Of a stretch of DNA of 64,000 nucleotides, positions 1-8,652 are shown piece after piece. Position 1 is the first letter of the stretch. Every line of letters begins with the position of its first letter. The translations under genes and the position numbers were made by a program. Under the pieces are notes generated by a model, which was not told the origin of the DNA, did no database searches, and saw nothing but the letters and a program-made list of their open reading frames with translations. This DNA is from an uncultured virus (IMG/VR IMGVR_UViG_3300028840_006692) (lineage: Duplodnaviria; Heunggongvirae; Uroviricota; Caudoviricetes): IMG/VR virus record IMGVR_UViG_3300028840_006692. One strand, given 5' to 3'.

Positions 1-483
1 AGGAACCCTGCGTAGAAAGGTGCTATCTCTTCCAGCTCCTTGAATCTGAAAGTTGAGCAAAGCATCTGCATTCGCAGTGAAATTGATTGTGGATTCCAAC
101 CTGTAATTTCCCGGAGGGAAATACAACGTGGTGTAATTCGTCCCCGTCGCCCAATCAGCCAAAAGAGTGTCAAGAGCAAGCTGGACTGCCGGAGCGTCAT
201 CATTTACCCCATCCCCTACTGCTCCATAGGTCTTCACGTTGTATCGATTTGTGCCCACATCTAGGTCTTGTGGTAACCAACTTACTCCGCTGTAAAGCAG
301 CGTCTGTCCTACGACGGGAGGATCGGAGGACACTGGGCGCCCTTGCATCCCCACAACCGTTTGAAGAGCCTCTGTTCCAGACAGATCTCCTCCTGCAACA
401 AAAATCCCAGCATTTTTTGCAATGTAATTTAGCGCCTGCTGAATGGCCCATCTACTATTATTGCGTAATGTAAAGTTTGACAT
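1..483 (-). CDS. Beta-helix spike/depolymerase-like protein, paralog of 737..2017 (3' end outside window; not in supplied ORF track)
   Basis: Manual translation from ATG at 483 (GGAG upstream): MSNFTLRNNSRWAIQQALNYIAKNAG...YNVKTYGAVGDGVNDDAPAVQLALD...LYFPPGNY...QGAGRDST. This is the pectate_lyase_3-type N-terminal signature and is colinear with 737..2017. Confidence 0.85.
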   Translation of the reverse strand, partial: MSNFTLRNNSRWAIQQALNYIAKNAGIFVAGGDLSGTEALQTVVGMQGRPVSSDPPVVGQTLLYSGVSWLPQDLDVGTNRYNVKTYGAVGDGVNDDAPAVQLALDTLLADWATGTNYTTLYFPPGNYRLESTINFTANADALLNFQIQGAGRDSTFLRRVP

Positions 484-535
484 AGCCAGTAGGCTCCTTC
501 GTACTTGGTTGTGAGGAGAGCAAAAATTTGCATTC

Positions 536-733
536 TTAAAGAGCTATCGCTCCAAATTGTTTCCAGGTCCCCGGGGTGCCTGCAGTGGTGCATACCCAAC
601 CAATGTAACCTCCAGGAGTTGGGGTTTCGTTCCAGACGATATCCCCTACTTTGTGCGTGCCGCCTGTCGGGGCTGTAGAATCTACCGCGTCTGCACGTCG
701 ATCCAGATAGGTCTTTGTGTCTACAAGTGCCAT
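536..733 (-). CDS. Small module resembling the C-terminal domain of phage tailspikes
   Basis: APTGGTHKVGDIVWN..P..GGYIGWVCTTAGTPGTWKQFG motif. In frame with 737..2017, separated only by TAA-AAA. Confidence 0.7.
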   Translation of the reverse strand: MALVDTKTYLDRRADAVDSTAPTGGTHKVGDIVWNETPTPGGYIGWVCTTAGTPGTWKQFGAIAL

Positions 734-736
734 TTT

Positions 737-2017
737 TTACCCTGCCCTGTACACGTTGCGTCTCACAACGTTTTTGTTGTTCGCATTAAACAATGTGTTA
801 TCGACATAAAGCGTTATCCCGTCGTCTTCTTTTACTACAAATTGATTTTTTGAGCAAATGCAATTATTTATTGCATTGAGGGCAATGTCCCAAAATACTC
901 CGTCAAGATCTGCTGCATATACGACGTTACCAACAACAGAAATAGAGTAGTTGGAAAAGATCCTTCTTGACTTTAAGAACGTGCCTCCATTTAAACGCAC
1001 GGTGTTCCCTGTGATAAAAAGCCCTGCTGGAAAATCTGTTGTGAAGAAGTTGTGATTCACTTCGATTTTTCCAAAATCGTTTCCTAAAGCGGTCACCCTT
1101 GAGCCACCACCCACATGCATGAATGCTGGCCCCATGGAAAAGAACCCAGTAGGATTGTTACGATCGTAGTTGTCACCAGAAAAACTGTTGTCGACAAAAG
1201 TTAGACCCCCTTGAAAATTCATCCCCCCAGTGTTTTCAAACACTGAGTTTTCAATAGACATTATGCCAACGCCTGTGATGATATTGCCGGTGTCATACCA
1301 GTAGCAATTTTCAAATCTTATGAAGGCAACGTTTCCGGTGAGCTCGATCCCATAGACGTCTTGATTCACGTCGTTGTTGGAGAAGCCACAGTTGATAAAC
1401 TGTGAATATGTAGGGCTGGTTATGGTAAAAGCTCTCTGACAATCCTTGAAAGTCATGTCGGTTACGGTGAGCCCTGCAATGTAAAGCACACCTATATTCA
1501 AAAATTGGAACAAATCTAGCGTGCTAGGAACACCTCGAATGATCGTGCTGTCTCGCCCTGCTCCTTTTATCTGAAATTTGATAAAAGCTGGTGACCCAAC
1601 GGTAGCAGAAAACACAATTGTGCTTTCTAGGTTGTACACACCAGGAGGAAAATACAATGTGGAAAATACCGTGCCTGTTTCCCAGCCTGCCAAAAGTGCA
1701 TCTATTGCAAGCTGAATAGCAGGCGCATCATCCGCAACACCGTCTCCCACAGCGCCATAATATTTGACATTGTAAATGTCATCATCAGCGGGCAAATCTG
1801 AAGGAGTCCAAGCTGCCCCGTCCCAAATGAGAGCTTGAGACGGGGTTGCAACAACAGGAGAAATTGGACGCCCTTGAATTCCAGTTACCACTTGATCAAG
1901 CTGGGTCCCTGTCAAATCTCCTCCAGCTACAAAGTTTCCGGAATTTTTCGCGATATAGTTAAGCGCCTGCTGTACATCTAATCTTGCATTACTTTTTATG
2001 ACTGGAAGAGTACTCAT
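737..2017 (-). CDS. Right-handed beta-helix spike / polysaccharide-binding or depolymerase protein
   Basis: YNVKYYGAVGDGVADDAPAIQLAID, LYFPPGVY, KGAGRDSTII, followed by Asn/Gly/Phe-rich beta-helix-like repeats. Confidence 0.85.
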   Translation of the reverse strand: MSTLPVIKSNARLDVQQALNYIAKNSGNFVAGGDLTGTQLDQVVTGIQGRPISPVVATPSQALIWDGAAWTPSDLPADDDIYNVKYYGAVGDGVADDAPAIQLAIDALLAGWETGTVFSTLYFPPGVYNLESTIVFSATVGSPAFIKFQIKGAGRDSTIIRGVPSTLDLFQFLNIGVLYIAGLTVTDMTFKDCQRAFTITSPTYSQFINCGFSNNDVNQDVYGIELTGNVAFIRFENCYWYDTGNIITGVGIMSIENSVFENTGGMNFQGGLTFVDNSFSGDNYDRNNPTGFFSMGPAFMHVGGGSRVTALGNDFGKIEVNHNFFTTDFPAGLFITGNTVRLNGGTFLKSRRIFSNYSISVVGNVVYAADLDGVFWDIALNAINNCICSKNQFVVKEDDGITLYVDNTLFNANNKNVVRRNVYRAG

Positions 2018-2058
2018 GTTTTTTATGCCTCTCTTTTTTTATGTCTTGATTGTTGGAA

Positions 2059-3372
2059 TTACCCCATAAACTCCATGAAAAAAGCGGCATCTCGAATGGA
2101 TAAATTCGCTGGCAAATTTATCCCTGCTATTTCTACCTGTATTTGGTCTCCGAATGCTAACGTCTCCAAAAATGTGCAAGCAACAGAGCTTTCGTTTGCA
2201 GGAACCGCGCTGTTGTATTGCCTTATGGCACAACCAGTTAAAGCAGGCCCCCCAAGCTTTCTAAACTGAATATCGATCTCTTGCGCCACACTTGACAGAA
2301 AAGACATTGAAAAAGAAAGCTTCCACAGACCCGCCAAATTAGCCTGTATAGAGTAGGTGGGTCCCAATTGCGGAGCGGTGTTTAGGAAGGTTGACACACT
2401 ATCAAAAATGTTGACTAAAGTATACACGGGCGCGCCAACAACTGCTAACACCGGTACTGCGCTTGGATGAGCCAAATAAATTTGGCCGTATCCCGATATT
2501 CTACATCCATCTAATTTGGCCTTGTCTGCTCCCGACATAAAACCAGGATTTCCGCCGCTAACTGCCAAAGCATGCAGCAAAGCTGGTCCCGTGGGTTGAT
2601 TTCCGTGCGCGTGGACATGGTCTCCACGAGGAATTTCTTGCGATACACCTGCCGATGCAGCCAGCGCAATATCTTGAATAGTTCCGGCTACGGCTGTATT
2701 TACTGGATGCTGATGATCATCTCTGGAAGCATTCGTTCCAACCCCTGGAACCGCAGTATCGCCAGCGTCTATTTGCACCGGATTTGCACCAGATAGTGGC
2801 GTATTCGTGGCGCTGGGAGCTACCCCATCTAGCTTGGTTTTGTCAGCTTCATCCATGAAGCCATGAGCTCCACCGCCCACAACAAGAGCATGCAGGGCTC
2901 CCCCGCCCCGGTTGCCATGCTGCCCATCTGTTGCCAACACTCCCACCTGGACATCGTTGGCATTGATCTGAATGCTTCCGTCACCGTTGGCTACCACGTC
3001 GAGCTGATATTGCTCATTGAGCCCAGGGTTCACGATGGTTCGAATAAGTCCGTCTCCGGGGACTACCTTGTTGTCGAGGAAATCCGCAGTGGTATCAGCC
3101 CCGGTTACTTTCACCCAAACGTCAGCAGCCGCACCGGTGGCATCGATTCGAAGGGAGTCATCGCCTCCCGGATCTTGTTGTACAAGATTGATATTGGTGC
3201 CACCTACGAGTTTGGATAGTAGGTAGGCGCAAGAATTATCACTTTGGTCAACTTTGACTTTGCACGAATCCTCAGCTACCGCGGCCACCTCAGATGCAGT
3301 GTCTTCCTGCACTCTATTCAACGTTTGGCGTATTGAAAGATGTGAATTGTCTTTAGGCTGTCGAATCTTCAT
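2059..3372 (-). CDS. Fibre/spike-like virion protein
   Basis: GFMxxADKxKLDG twice, plus RDDHQHP and RGDHVHAH motifs typical of phage fibres; beta-rich C-terminal head; N-terminal motif shared with the two beta-helix proteins. Confidence 0.7.
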   Translation of the reverse strand: MKIRQPKDNSHLSIRQTLNRVQEDTASEVAAVAEDSCKVKVDQSDNSCAYLLSKLVGGTNINLVQQDPGGDDSLRIDATGAAADVWVKVTGADTTADFLDNKVVPGDGLIRTIVNPGLNEQYQLDVVANGDGSIQINANDVQVGVLATDGQHGNRGGGALHALVVGGGAHGFMDEADKTKLDGVAPSATNTPLSGANPVQIDAGDTAVPGVGTNASRDDHQHPVNTAVAGTIQDIALAASAGVSQEIPRGDHVHAHGNQPTGPALLHALAVSGGNPGFMSGADKAKLDGCRISGYGQIYLAHPSAVPVLAVVGAPVYTLVNIFDSVSTFLNTAPQLGPTYSIQANLAGLWKLSFSMSFLSSVAQEIDIQFRKLGGPALTGCAIRQYNSAVPANESSVACTFLETLAFGDQIQVEIAGINLPANLSIRDAAFFMEFMG

Positions 3373-3381
3373 GATACCCTC

Positions 3382-4353
3382 TCACTTTGCAAGCAGATAC
3401 ACCACACCTATTGCTGCGCCTGCTCCTATAAGGAGTGGCCACACTATGGATTTGGTTTTATCTGTGTCTTCTTTTTGAGCTACAGCTTGATACTTCCCCC
3501 ATCGATTCGGCGTCGATGTGGTTTGAATGGCAGGGCTGGCGTTTGCCAGAGTTTCGGCGGCGCTCCACATACAACCAGGATACGGGCGGCAAGGTTGAGG
3601 TAACCCCATTTGTTGCAGATTGTTGTCCACACACTGTGGGAAGGGCTCACAGGGTTGCATAGGGACCCCAGGGATGGAAGGGGTAGCCCCCGTTGCGAGG
3701 CTCAGGAGGGGCCAAGGTTGGGGCGCCCATGTTGGGGGTGCTGTATCATAGATTGCCTGCGCTTGGGCGCCCTGTGGGGCAGCTCCGGCCTTGGCGGCCG
3801 CGGTTTGACGCCGCCACTCGGGGGCCCAAGTGTTGTGGGCTACCTCACCCGGATGGGGGACCACAGCATACCTGGGGTCGTTCAACACGGGACCAGGACA
3901 TAGCTCTTGGAAGTGCATCGCCCAGTATGCCCACGTGTGGTAGTTGCCCGCGTAGATGTCCCGGTCGAGCTCTGCTCGGGATTCTGGTGTGAGCCACCAA
4001 TACCAGTTGCAAAAGCAAGCCCACCCCGGCCAGTTCCACGATTGGCTACACGGTTTCGAAGAGTACACCCCCGAATCGTGTTGTTTCATCATTTGAACCA
4101 GACGATCCGCAGCCTGGAAGATTTCTTCCTTGGAGGGAGGGATCCACCCCCACATACGAGCGGCTTCCCTGCTGGCGATGTTTTTTGCGATTGCTACTGA
4201 TCCAGGCCCCCAAGTGTCCATACACTGCACGCGGGGTTGTTGCCGACCGTTGGAATACTGCGTGGTCGACATGTGCATAATTTTTTCGCATAGCCCGCGG
4301 CTGCCAAGCTGACGAACGCAATTTTCAAACCCTGCTTGCATCATGCCGTTCAT
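3382..4353 (-). CDS. Tail-anchored membrane protein (putative virion)
   Basis: C-terminal TM (IVWPLLIGAGAAIGVVYLLAK). Start moved to the ATG just after the upstream stop. Contains a W-x4-C-x3-WY-x2-L-x4-R domain. Confidence 0.65.
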   Translation of the reverse strand: MNGMMQAGFENCVRQLGSRGLCEKIMHMSTTQYSNGRQQPRVQCMDTWGPGSVAIAKNIASREAARMWGWIPPSKEEIFQAADRLVQMMKQHDSGVYSSKPCSQSWNWPGWACFCNWYWWLTPESRAELDRDIYAGNYHTWAYWAMHFQELCPGPVLNDPRYAVVPHPGEVAHNTWAPEWRRQTAAAKAGAAPQGAQAQAIYDTAPPTWAPQPWPLLSLATGATPSIPGVPMQPCEPFPQCVDNNLQQMGLPQPCRPYPGCMWSAAETLANASPAIQTTSTPNRWGKYQAVAQKEDTDKTKSIVWPLLIGAGAAIGVVYLLAK

Positions 4354-4354
4354 A

Positions 4355-4579
4355 TCACTTCCCCTTCTTCGATGTATACCGTAAAACCTCAATGACTGCG
4401 CCTGTTAGGCTTGCCGCGGCCATCAGCCAAAGTGCTGGATGCGACCCAGAAGAGTGTTGCGCTGCAGCGGATTGCTGTGCAAGCTGTTGCTCGTCTACGC
4501 CGTTTCCCGCCACTGTCCCATAATGCGCACGTCCACATTGAGCACAGCGTCCACAGTTTGGGCATATTGTGGTGTACAT
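4355..4579 (-). CDS. Small tail-anchored protein with CxxC motifs
   Basis: CPNCGRCAQC; C-terminal hydrophobic helix followed by KKGK; GAGG SD; tightly packed between neighbours. Confidence 0.6.
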   Translation of the reverse strand: MYTTICPNCGRCAQCGRAHYGTVAGNGVDEQQLAQQSAAAQHSSGSHPALWLMAAASLTGAVIEVLRYTSKKGK

Positions 4580-4582
4580 GTT

Positions 4583-5494
4583 TTACCTCTTAGAACCAGA
4601 AGCAAGAATGGCTACACCAACAAGGATCGCAGTTACAGCACCAGCACCCACCAAAAAGGGTACCAAATTGGATTTGTCTTCCTTTGGAATCCAGGGGAAC
4701 TCTTGGGTGTACTGCGGATCACCATACACCTGCGGGGGGCAGCACCAACCTACTTGTTGGGGCGTTGGTGTTTCAGGGCACGGATCAGGTGGAGGTGGGT
4801 AGGGATACTCGGTAGGTTGCGTCCAAGGCCATGGGTTGCCCTGGGTGAGTTCGAACAACACCTCATCCCGTCCTACCCCATCCAGACGACTGTACCATCG
4901 AGCAAAACACGCAAGCTGCGACCAATCCATTGAGCATGGTTGCCCTGGCCCTGCTCTGAAGTAACCAGGCACAACCTGCCCTATCTTGAAGGCTTCAACG
5001 AGCATCCCAACATGTTCTCTGTCGGATGAGGTAAGCTCAAATACCCCAGCAGCACGTTTGATTTCGTGTTCGATTGTGGTGCGCACGTTAGCAAAAAACG
5101 TTTCCTGCTGTTGGTGTTCGTAGCATCGAACATCTGCCAGCGGGTCAGCTTGCGGAGTTTCCCCCGGTTGGGCACTGGGGACTTGCCCAGTGGGCGGCGG
5201 TGGTCGGCCTGGAAGACTGGGTTGCTGCTGGAAGCCATTTGATGGAAGCATTGGAGTCATCGGAGTTGCAGGATGCGAGGGAAGTATTGGGGTCAACGGG
5301 GTCAACGGGGTCAACGGGGTCAACGGGGTCAAACTGGGCATGGGTTGCCCCGATCGAGAACCTCTGGACCCGCCGTTGGTAGTGCTGTAACCACTAACGT
5401 TGAGGAAGGTTGGTGCTGTAGGTGTTGATCCCAAGGGATTGAGTGGCGTGCGCCCCAGAAGCCCGCTGTATCGATGAGGTTTTTTGCGCCGCAT
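4583..5494 (-). CDS. Pro-rich tail-anchored membrane protein
   Basis: (PLT)n repeat, domain shared with 3382..4353, C-terminal TM followed by SKR; GAGGAG SD. Confidence 0.7.
   Translation of the reverse strand: MRRKKPHRYSGLLGRTPLNPLGSTPTAPTFLNVSGYSTTNGGSRGSRSGQPMPSLTPLTPLTPLTPLTPILPSHPATPMTPMLPSNGFQQQPSLPGRPPPPTGQVPSAQPGETPQADPLADVRCYEHQQQETFFANVRTTIEHEIKRAAGVFELTSSDREHVGMLVEAFKIGQVVPGYFRAGPGQPCSMDWSQLACFARWYSRLDGVGRDEVLFELTQGNPWPWTQPTEYPYPPPPDPCPETPTPQQVGWCCPPQVYGDPQYTQEFPWIPKEDKSNLVPFLVGAGAVTAILVGVAILASGSKR
5289..5332. repeat. 9-bp tandem repeat (GGGGTCAAC) ~5x, encoding PLT repeats
   Basis: Directly visible. Confidence 0.9.
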
Positions 5495-5542
5495 GCTTTG
5501 TGCTCCTCAAAGGAGTATACCAAGCTTTTGCGCACAAATCAC

Positions 5543-5878
5543 TCAGCGATCGTGTTCGTGTAGCCAAACACCAGCGACGTATGAAAGGATCGATCCGGCA
5601 AACGCGATCATGATCACAGTCCCCAATCGAAATCCGATTGGATCGTCTGCGCCGAGCTTTGCGTCCGAGTAGACCCCATGCGCTAACCCCACCCAAAACC
5701 CAGTGCACAAGGGGCACGTGAGCAACGACGGGCGATGCTCACCTTCTTGCACACCACGCGATCCGATTGGTGGCGGAAACAGATTTCGGAAAGGTGTTGC
5801 AATATGGCTTCCGGTGATGGTTACGGTGAGCCCAACACAGCTGAGCAAAAGAAGCCACAGCTCCATTGTTGGAGTCAC
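5543..5878 (-). CDS. DUF1360-like small membrane protein
   Basis: Three hydrophobic segments and the LLTCPLCTGFWVG motif. Confidence 0.65.
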   Translation of the reverse strand: MTPTMELWLLLLSCVGLTVTITGSHIATPFRNLFPPPIGSRGVQEGEHRPSLLTCPLCTGFWVGLAHGVYSDAKLGADDPIGFRLGTVIMIAFAGSILSYVAGVWLHEHDR

Positions 5879-6069
5879 TTTGGGTCACCAAACCCCAAGT
5901 ATCGCAAGTCTTTCAGCATGAGCAGGGTTTGCTCTTTGGTGAGTGCTATTTCTTTCCCATCGTCATCAATGATGGAGACACTTTCGTCGGTATGCACCCG
6001 CACACGCGGGCATCCTCCCTTGTTTGAACAGCACAAACTCAACTCGCATTTGATAACTTTCCCAGCCAT
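5875..6069 (-). CDS. Small hypothetical protein
   Basis: GGAGG SD before MAGKVIK; CC-x5-CP motif; 4-nt overlap with the next gene. Confidence 0.6.
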   Translation of the reverse strand: MAGKVIKCELSLCCSNKGGCPRVRVHTDESVSIIDDDGKEIALTKEQTLLMLKDLRYLGFGDPK

Positions 6070-6100
6070 TTTTACCTCCAAGACGTTAGCCTACCACAAC

Positions 6101-6553
6101 CTATACACCACGCGTTAGCAGCACGCTTGCGCATTGCCCACGCAGCTTGAATTTTGTCACATCAGCCAAAATTCCAACTCTGGATCCAGAGTGGAGTAGT
6201 GCACACGTTGCCAACCCGGGAGTTTGAGAGATGTACACGGGCGACCCCTCCGCGGGAGGGGTACTCTCTTCAAATCGCATACACGAAAGTCCTGTATGCT
6301 GGCACAACGCGGTTAGACCGGGGGGGCACTCTTCGGTCAAAACCCCACACCAATTCACATCATTGCAGAGTGCAGGTTCGCATCGACGAGGGCCCCCAGC
6401 AACGAGCTTGACTATCGATCCCGATGGGATCACCAGATTGGTAGAATTCGTTACCCGAATCACCTCTAGCGTGGTCTCGAGGCGTCGCATGAAGCCTTGC
6501 CAGGCTTTCTTTAGGGCGTGATCTGAGGTATTTATTCGGACAGCGCGAAACAT
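6101..6553 (-). CDS. Hypothetical protein, DUF2190/decoration-protein-like
   Basis: G..VKL...GV..E....G...G.PVYIS..PG.AT pattern recalls DUF2190-like beta-clip proteins; weak resemblance. Confidence 0.4.
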   Translation of the reverse strand: MFRAVRINTSDHALKKAWQGFMRRLETTLEVIRVTNSTNLVIPSGSIVKLVAGGPRRCEPALCNDVNWCGVLTEECPPGLTALCQHTGLSCMRFEESTPPAEGSPVYISQTPGLATCALLHSGSRVGILADVTKFKLRGQCASVLLTRGV

Positions 6554-6567
6554 TCAGATAGGGTAAC

Positions 6568-8652
6568 CTATCTGCGGGGTTTTTTCGATTTTCTTGTCGT
6601 TTTGCGCGGCTTGCGGCGTTTCCTGGTGGGTTTGCCCAGTTTCTGGTAGGCCAACGCGCCCACACCTACAGCCCCCGCACCAAGAAGAGCCCAAGCCCAC
6701 ATGGGCCAACCTTCTTCTTTCGTTTCTCGAACCCCAACTGGGGTGACACCGGGCACTCCCCCGGGAACTGTTCCGGGAACTGTTCCGGGCAGCATGCACA
6801 CATTGCCCGCAAGCGTCAATCCAGGGGGACATCGCCCCCCAACGGCAGGAATACCAGACGGAGTGACGCACCCCACTCCTGGCACCCATTGTGATCCTGT
6901 GGGCGCATCTACTGGGCACTGCCCGGATATTGGCCCCGTGCCCCCACCTCCCGGCGTACCTCCACCGGGAACGGTGGTGCCAGGCACGCACAAGCCTTGA
7001 ATCGTGGGATGTGGGACTGTTCCCGGTGGGCACTGCCCCCCAGTAACAGGAAGACTGCCTCGAACGTAGGGAATCGTCCACTGGCCGGCCGCATCTCGGA
7101 AGTACAGCTGATTGTAGACCGCGGGGCTCCAAAATTCCTCCCCAGGCCCAAACCAATCGAGCGGAAGCTTGATTTTGATGCCTGGCTTCCAGCCCTTGAG
7201 AACACAAACGTTTTGGTTGTTTCGCCAACACCCCATAGGCCAATCGAAGTTGGCCGCACGGATTTGACCATGATCGCTTGAATCGCGACCAAATTTCACT
7301 GCAACCGCGCCCGGGTACTCGTCCCCGACGATATAGCGCACATCTTCTCGAGGCGTCACGCTGCCACAATCGCACTTATCCCCTGCAGCCCCAACATGGC
7401 CTCCCCATCCGGGGGGCTGGGGCGTCACAGCACACGACCCCCCGCATCGGCACTGACACGCGTTGTCTGAGCACTCCCCGATTTGTCCATTTTCTGGAAA
7501 TGGATCATAGCCTCCTAAGGAGTGCAGCCCATTGGGCCCTCGAAGGACAGGTTGTTGCGGTCCCCATGCTGTGGGATCATGCAGCCCATTGGGCCCTCGA
7601 AGGACAGGTTGTTGCGGTCCCCATGCTGTGGGATCATGCAGCCCATTGGGCCCTCGAAGGACAGGTTGTTGCGAATACCCAATAGTACTCGGGACATAAT
7701 CCGGATCCTGCGCTCTCCAGGGGCCCGGAACGTAATCCGGATCCTGCGCTCTCCAGGGGCCCGGAACGTAATCCGGATCCTGCGCTCTCCATGGACCACC
7801 AATAGAGGGCTGAACCCGGCGTGTGATTGGGATAAACACGCCCATTCCGACCCGAAAGTCTTTCGGGTGCCACGTCTTCCATCCGGTGCGATCATCCTGG
7901 ACCACCCTCAAGTGCGGGTTGACCGCAAATAGGTCCTCAAGATCAATACCATACTTTTCCGCGATCATTCGCGGTGTTTCATTTCCAACGATGTGCGTGT
8001 GCATCATTTCACCTCTTCTTGTCGGTGGTCCGGCAATCGAGCCAGAGGATACCACCTCGATATTTTGCCACACCTTGCTCCCTTGGGGTGGGTCATTCCA
8101 CGCCAAGGGAATTTTCAGGCGCTTTCCCGGACCCCATTGTTTCCAGGTGCACACTGATACGTCTTTTGACTGCGTTTCGAAATTATCCTCGAGATTTGCC
8201 CCGCGCAGCTTGATCCAGCTCTTTGCAGGCTCACCAAACTTGCGAGCGACCCCCCAAGGAGTGTCATCAGCACCAACCACGTACACGTATTGAGATTTGG
8301 CCTCCACAGGAAGCCCCGGGTTGCAAGGCTCTGGGTTGGGGTAGTACGGCACTACATGCAACCAGATGTCGCCAGACTTAGGTTCGGGCCAATCACCAGG
8401 AATTCGAATAAATCCTTCGAAATTTCGAAATCGACACCGACCCCCATCCAGATAAAAGCCCCCCACGTGGTCCGCGTTGGCTGAAATGAGCTCTTGCAGC
8501 TTGGAATCTTCGAATTCGTCGAAGAACCACGACATAAACGCCAACTCATCCCGGTTAGGCAGACCATCACGGGCTACGTATCGGGTAACCTGTACCCAAT
8601 ACGGTTGCACTTTATCGGATAGAGGCCCAGGGCAAGCTTGGTTGTAGGTCAT
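6568..8652 (-). CDS. Multi-LysM tail-anchored membrane protein
   Basis: Three LysM-like units (YVVGADDTPWGVARKFG..LRGAN; HIVGNETPRMIAEKYGIDLEDLFAVNP; YIVGDEYPGAVAVKFG..IRAAN), Cys/Pro/Gly-rich stalk, TM, very basic tail. Confidence 0.75.
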   Translation of the reverse strand: MTYNQACPGPLSDKVQPYWVQVTRYVARDGLPNRDELAFMSWFFDEFEDSKLQELISANADHVGGFYLDGGRCRFRNFEGFIRIPGDWPEPKSGDIWLHVVPYYPNPEPCNPGLPVEAKSQYVYVVGADDTPWGVARKFGEPAKSWIKLRGANLEDNFETQSKDVSVCTWKQWGPGKRLKIPLAWNDPPQGSKVWQNIEVVSSGSIAGPPTRRGEMMHTHIVGNETPRMIAEKYGIDLEDLFAVNPHLRVVQDDRTGWKTWHPKDFRVGMGVFIPITRRVQPSIGGPWRAQDPDYVPGPWRAQDPDYVPGPWRAQDPDYVPSTIGYSQQPVLRGPNGLHDPTAWGPQQPVLRGPNGLHDPTAWGPQQPVLRGPNGLHSLGGYDPFPENGQIGECSDNACQCRCGGSCAVTPQPPGWGGHVGAAGDKCDCGSVTPREDVRYIVGDEYPGAVAVKFGRDSSDHGQIRAANFDWPMGCWRNNQNVCVLKGWKPGIKIKLPLDWFGPGEEFWSPAVYNQLYFRDAAGQWTIPYVRGSLPVTGGQCPPGTVPHPTIQGLCVPGTTVPGGGTPGGGGTGPISGQCPVDAPTGSQWVPGVGCVTPSGIPAVGGRCPPGLTLAGNVCMLPGTVPGTVPGGVPGVTPVGVRETKEEGWPMWAWALLGAGAVGVGALAYQKLGKPTRKRRKPRKTTRKSKKPRR
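7523..7792. repeat. 57-bp (~3x) and 36-bp (3x) tandem coding repeats
   Basis: Encode QQPVLRGPNGLHDPTAWGP and GPWRAQDPDYVP; no spacers between units. Confidence 0.9.

Noticed and set aside
731..739. Genome-wide stop-codon reassignment
   Set aside because: TAA, TAG and TGA all terminate well-defined genes elsewhere, and conserved enzymes are uninterrupted in code 11.
7523..7792. 36- and 57-bp repeats (and the 30-bp repeat at ~60842) as a CRISPR array
   Set aside because: Units are head-to-tail without unique spacers, lie in frame within CDSs, and no cas genes are present.
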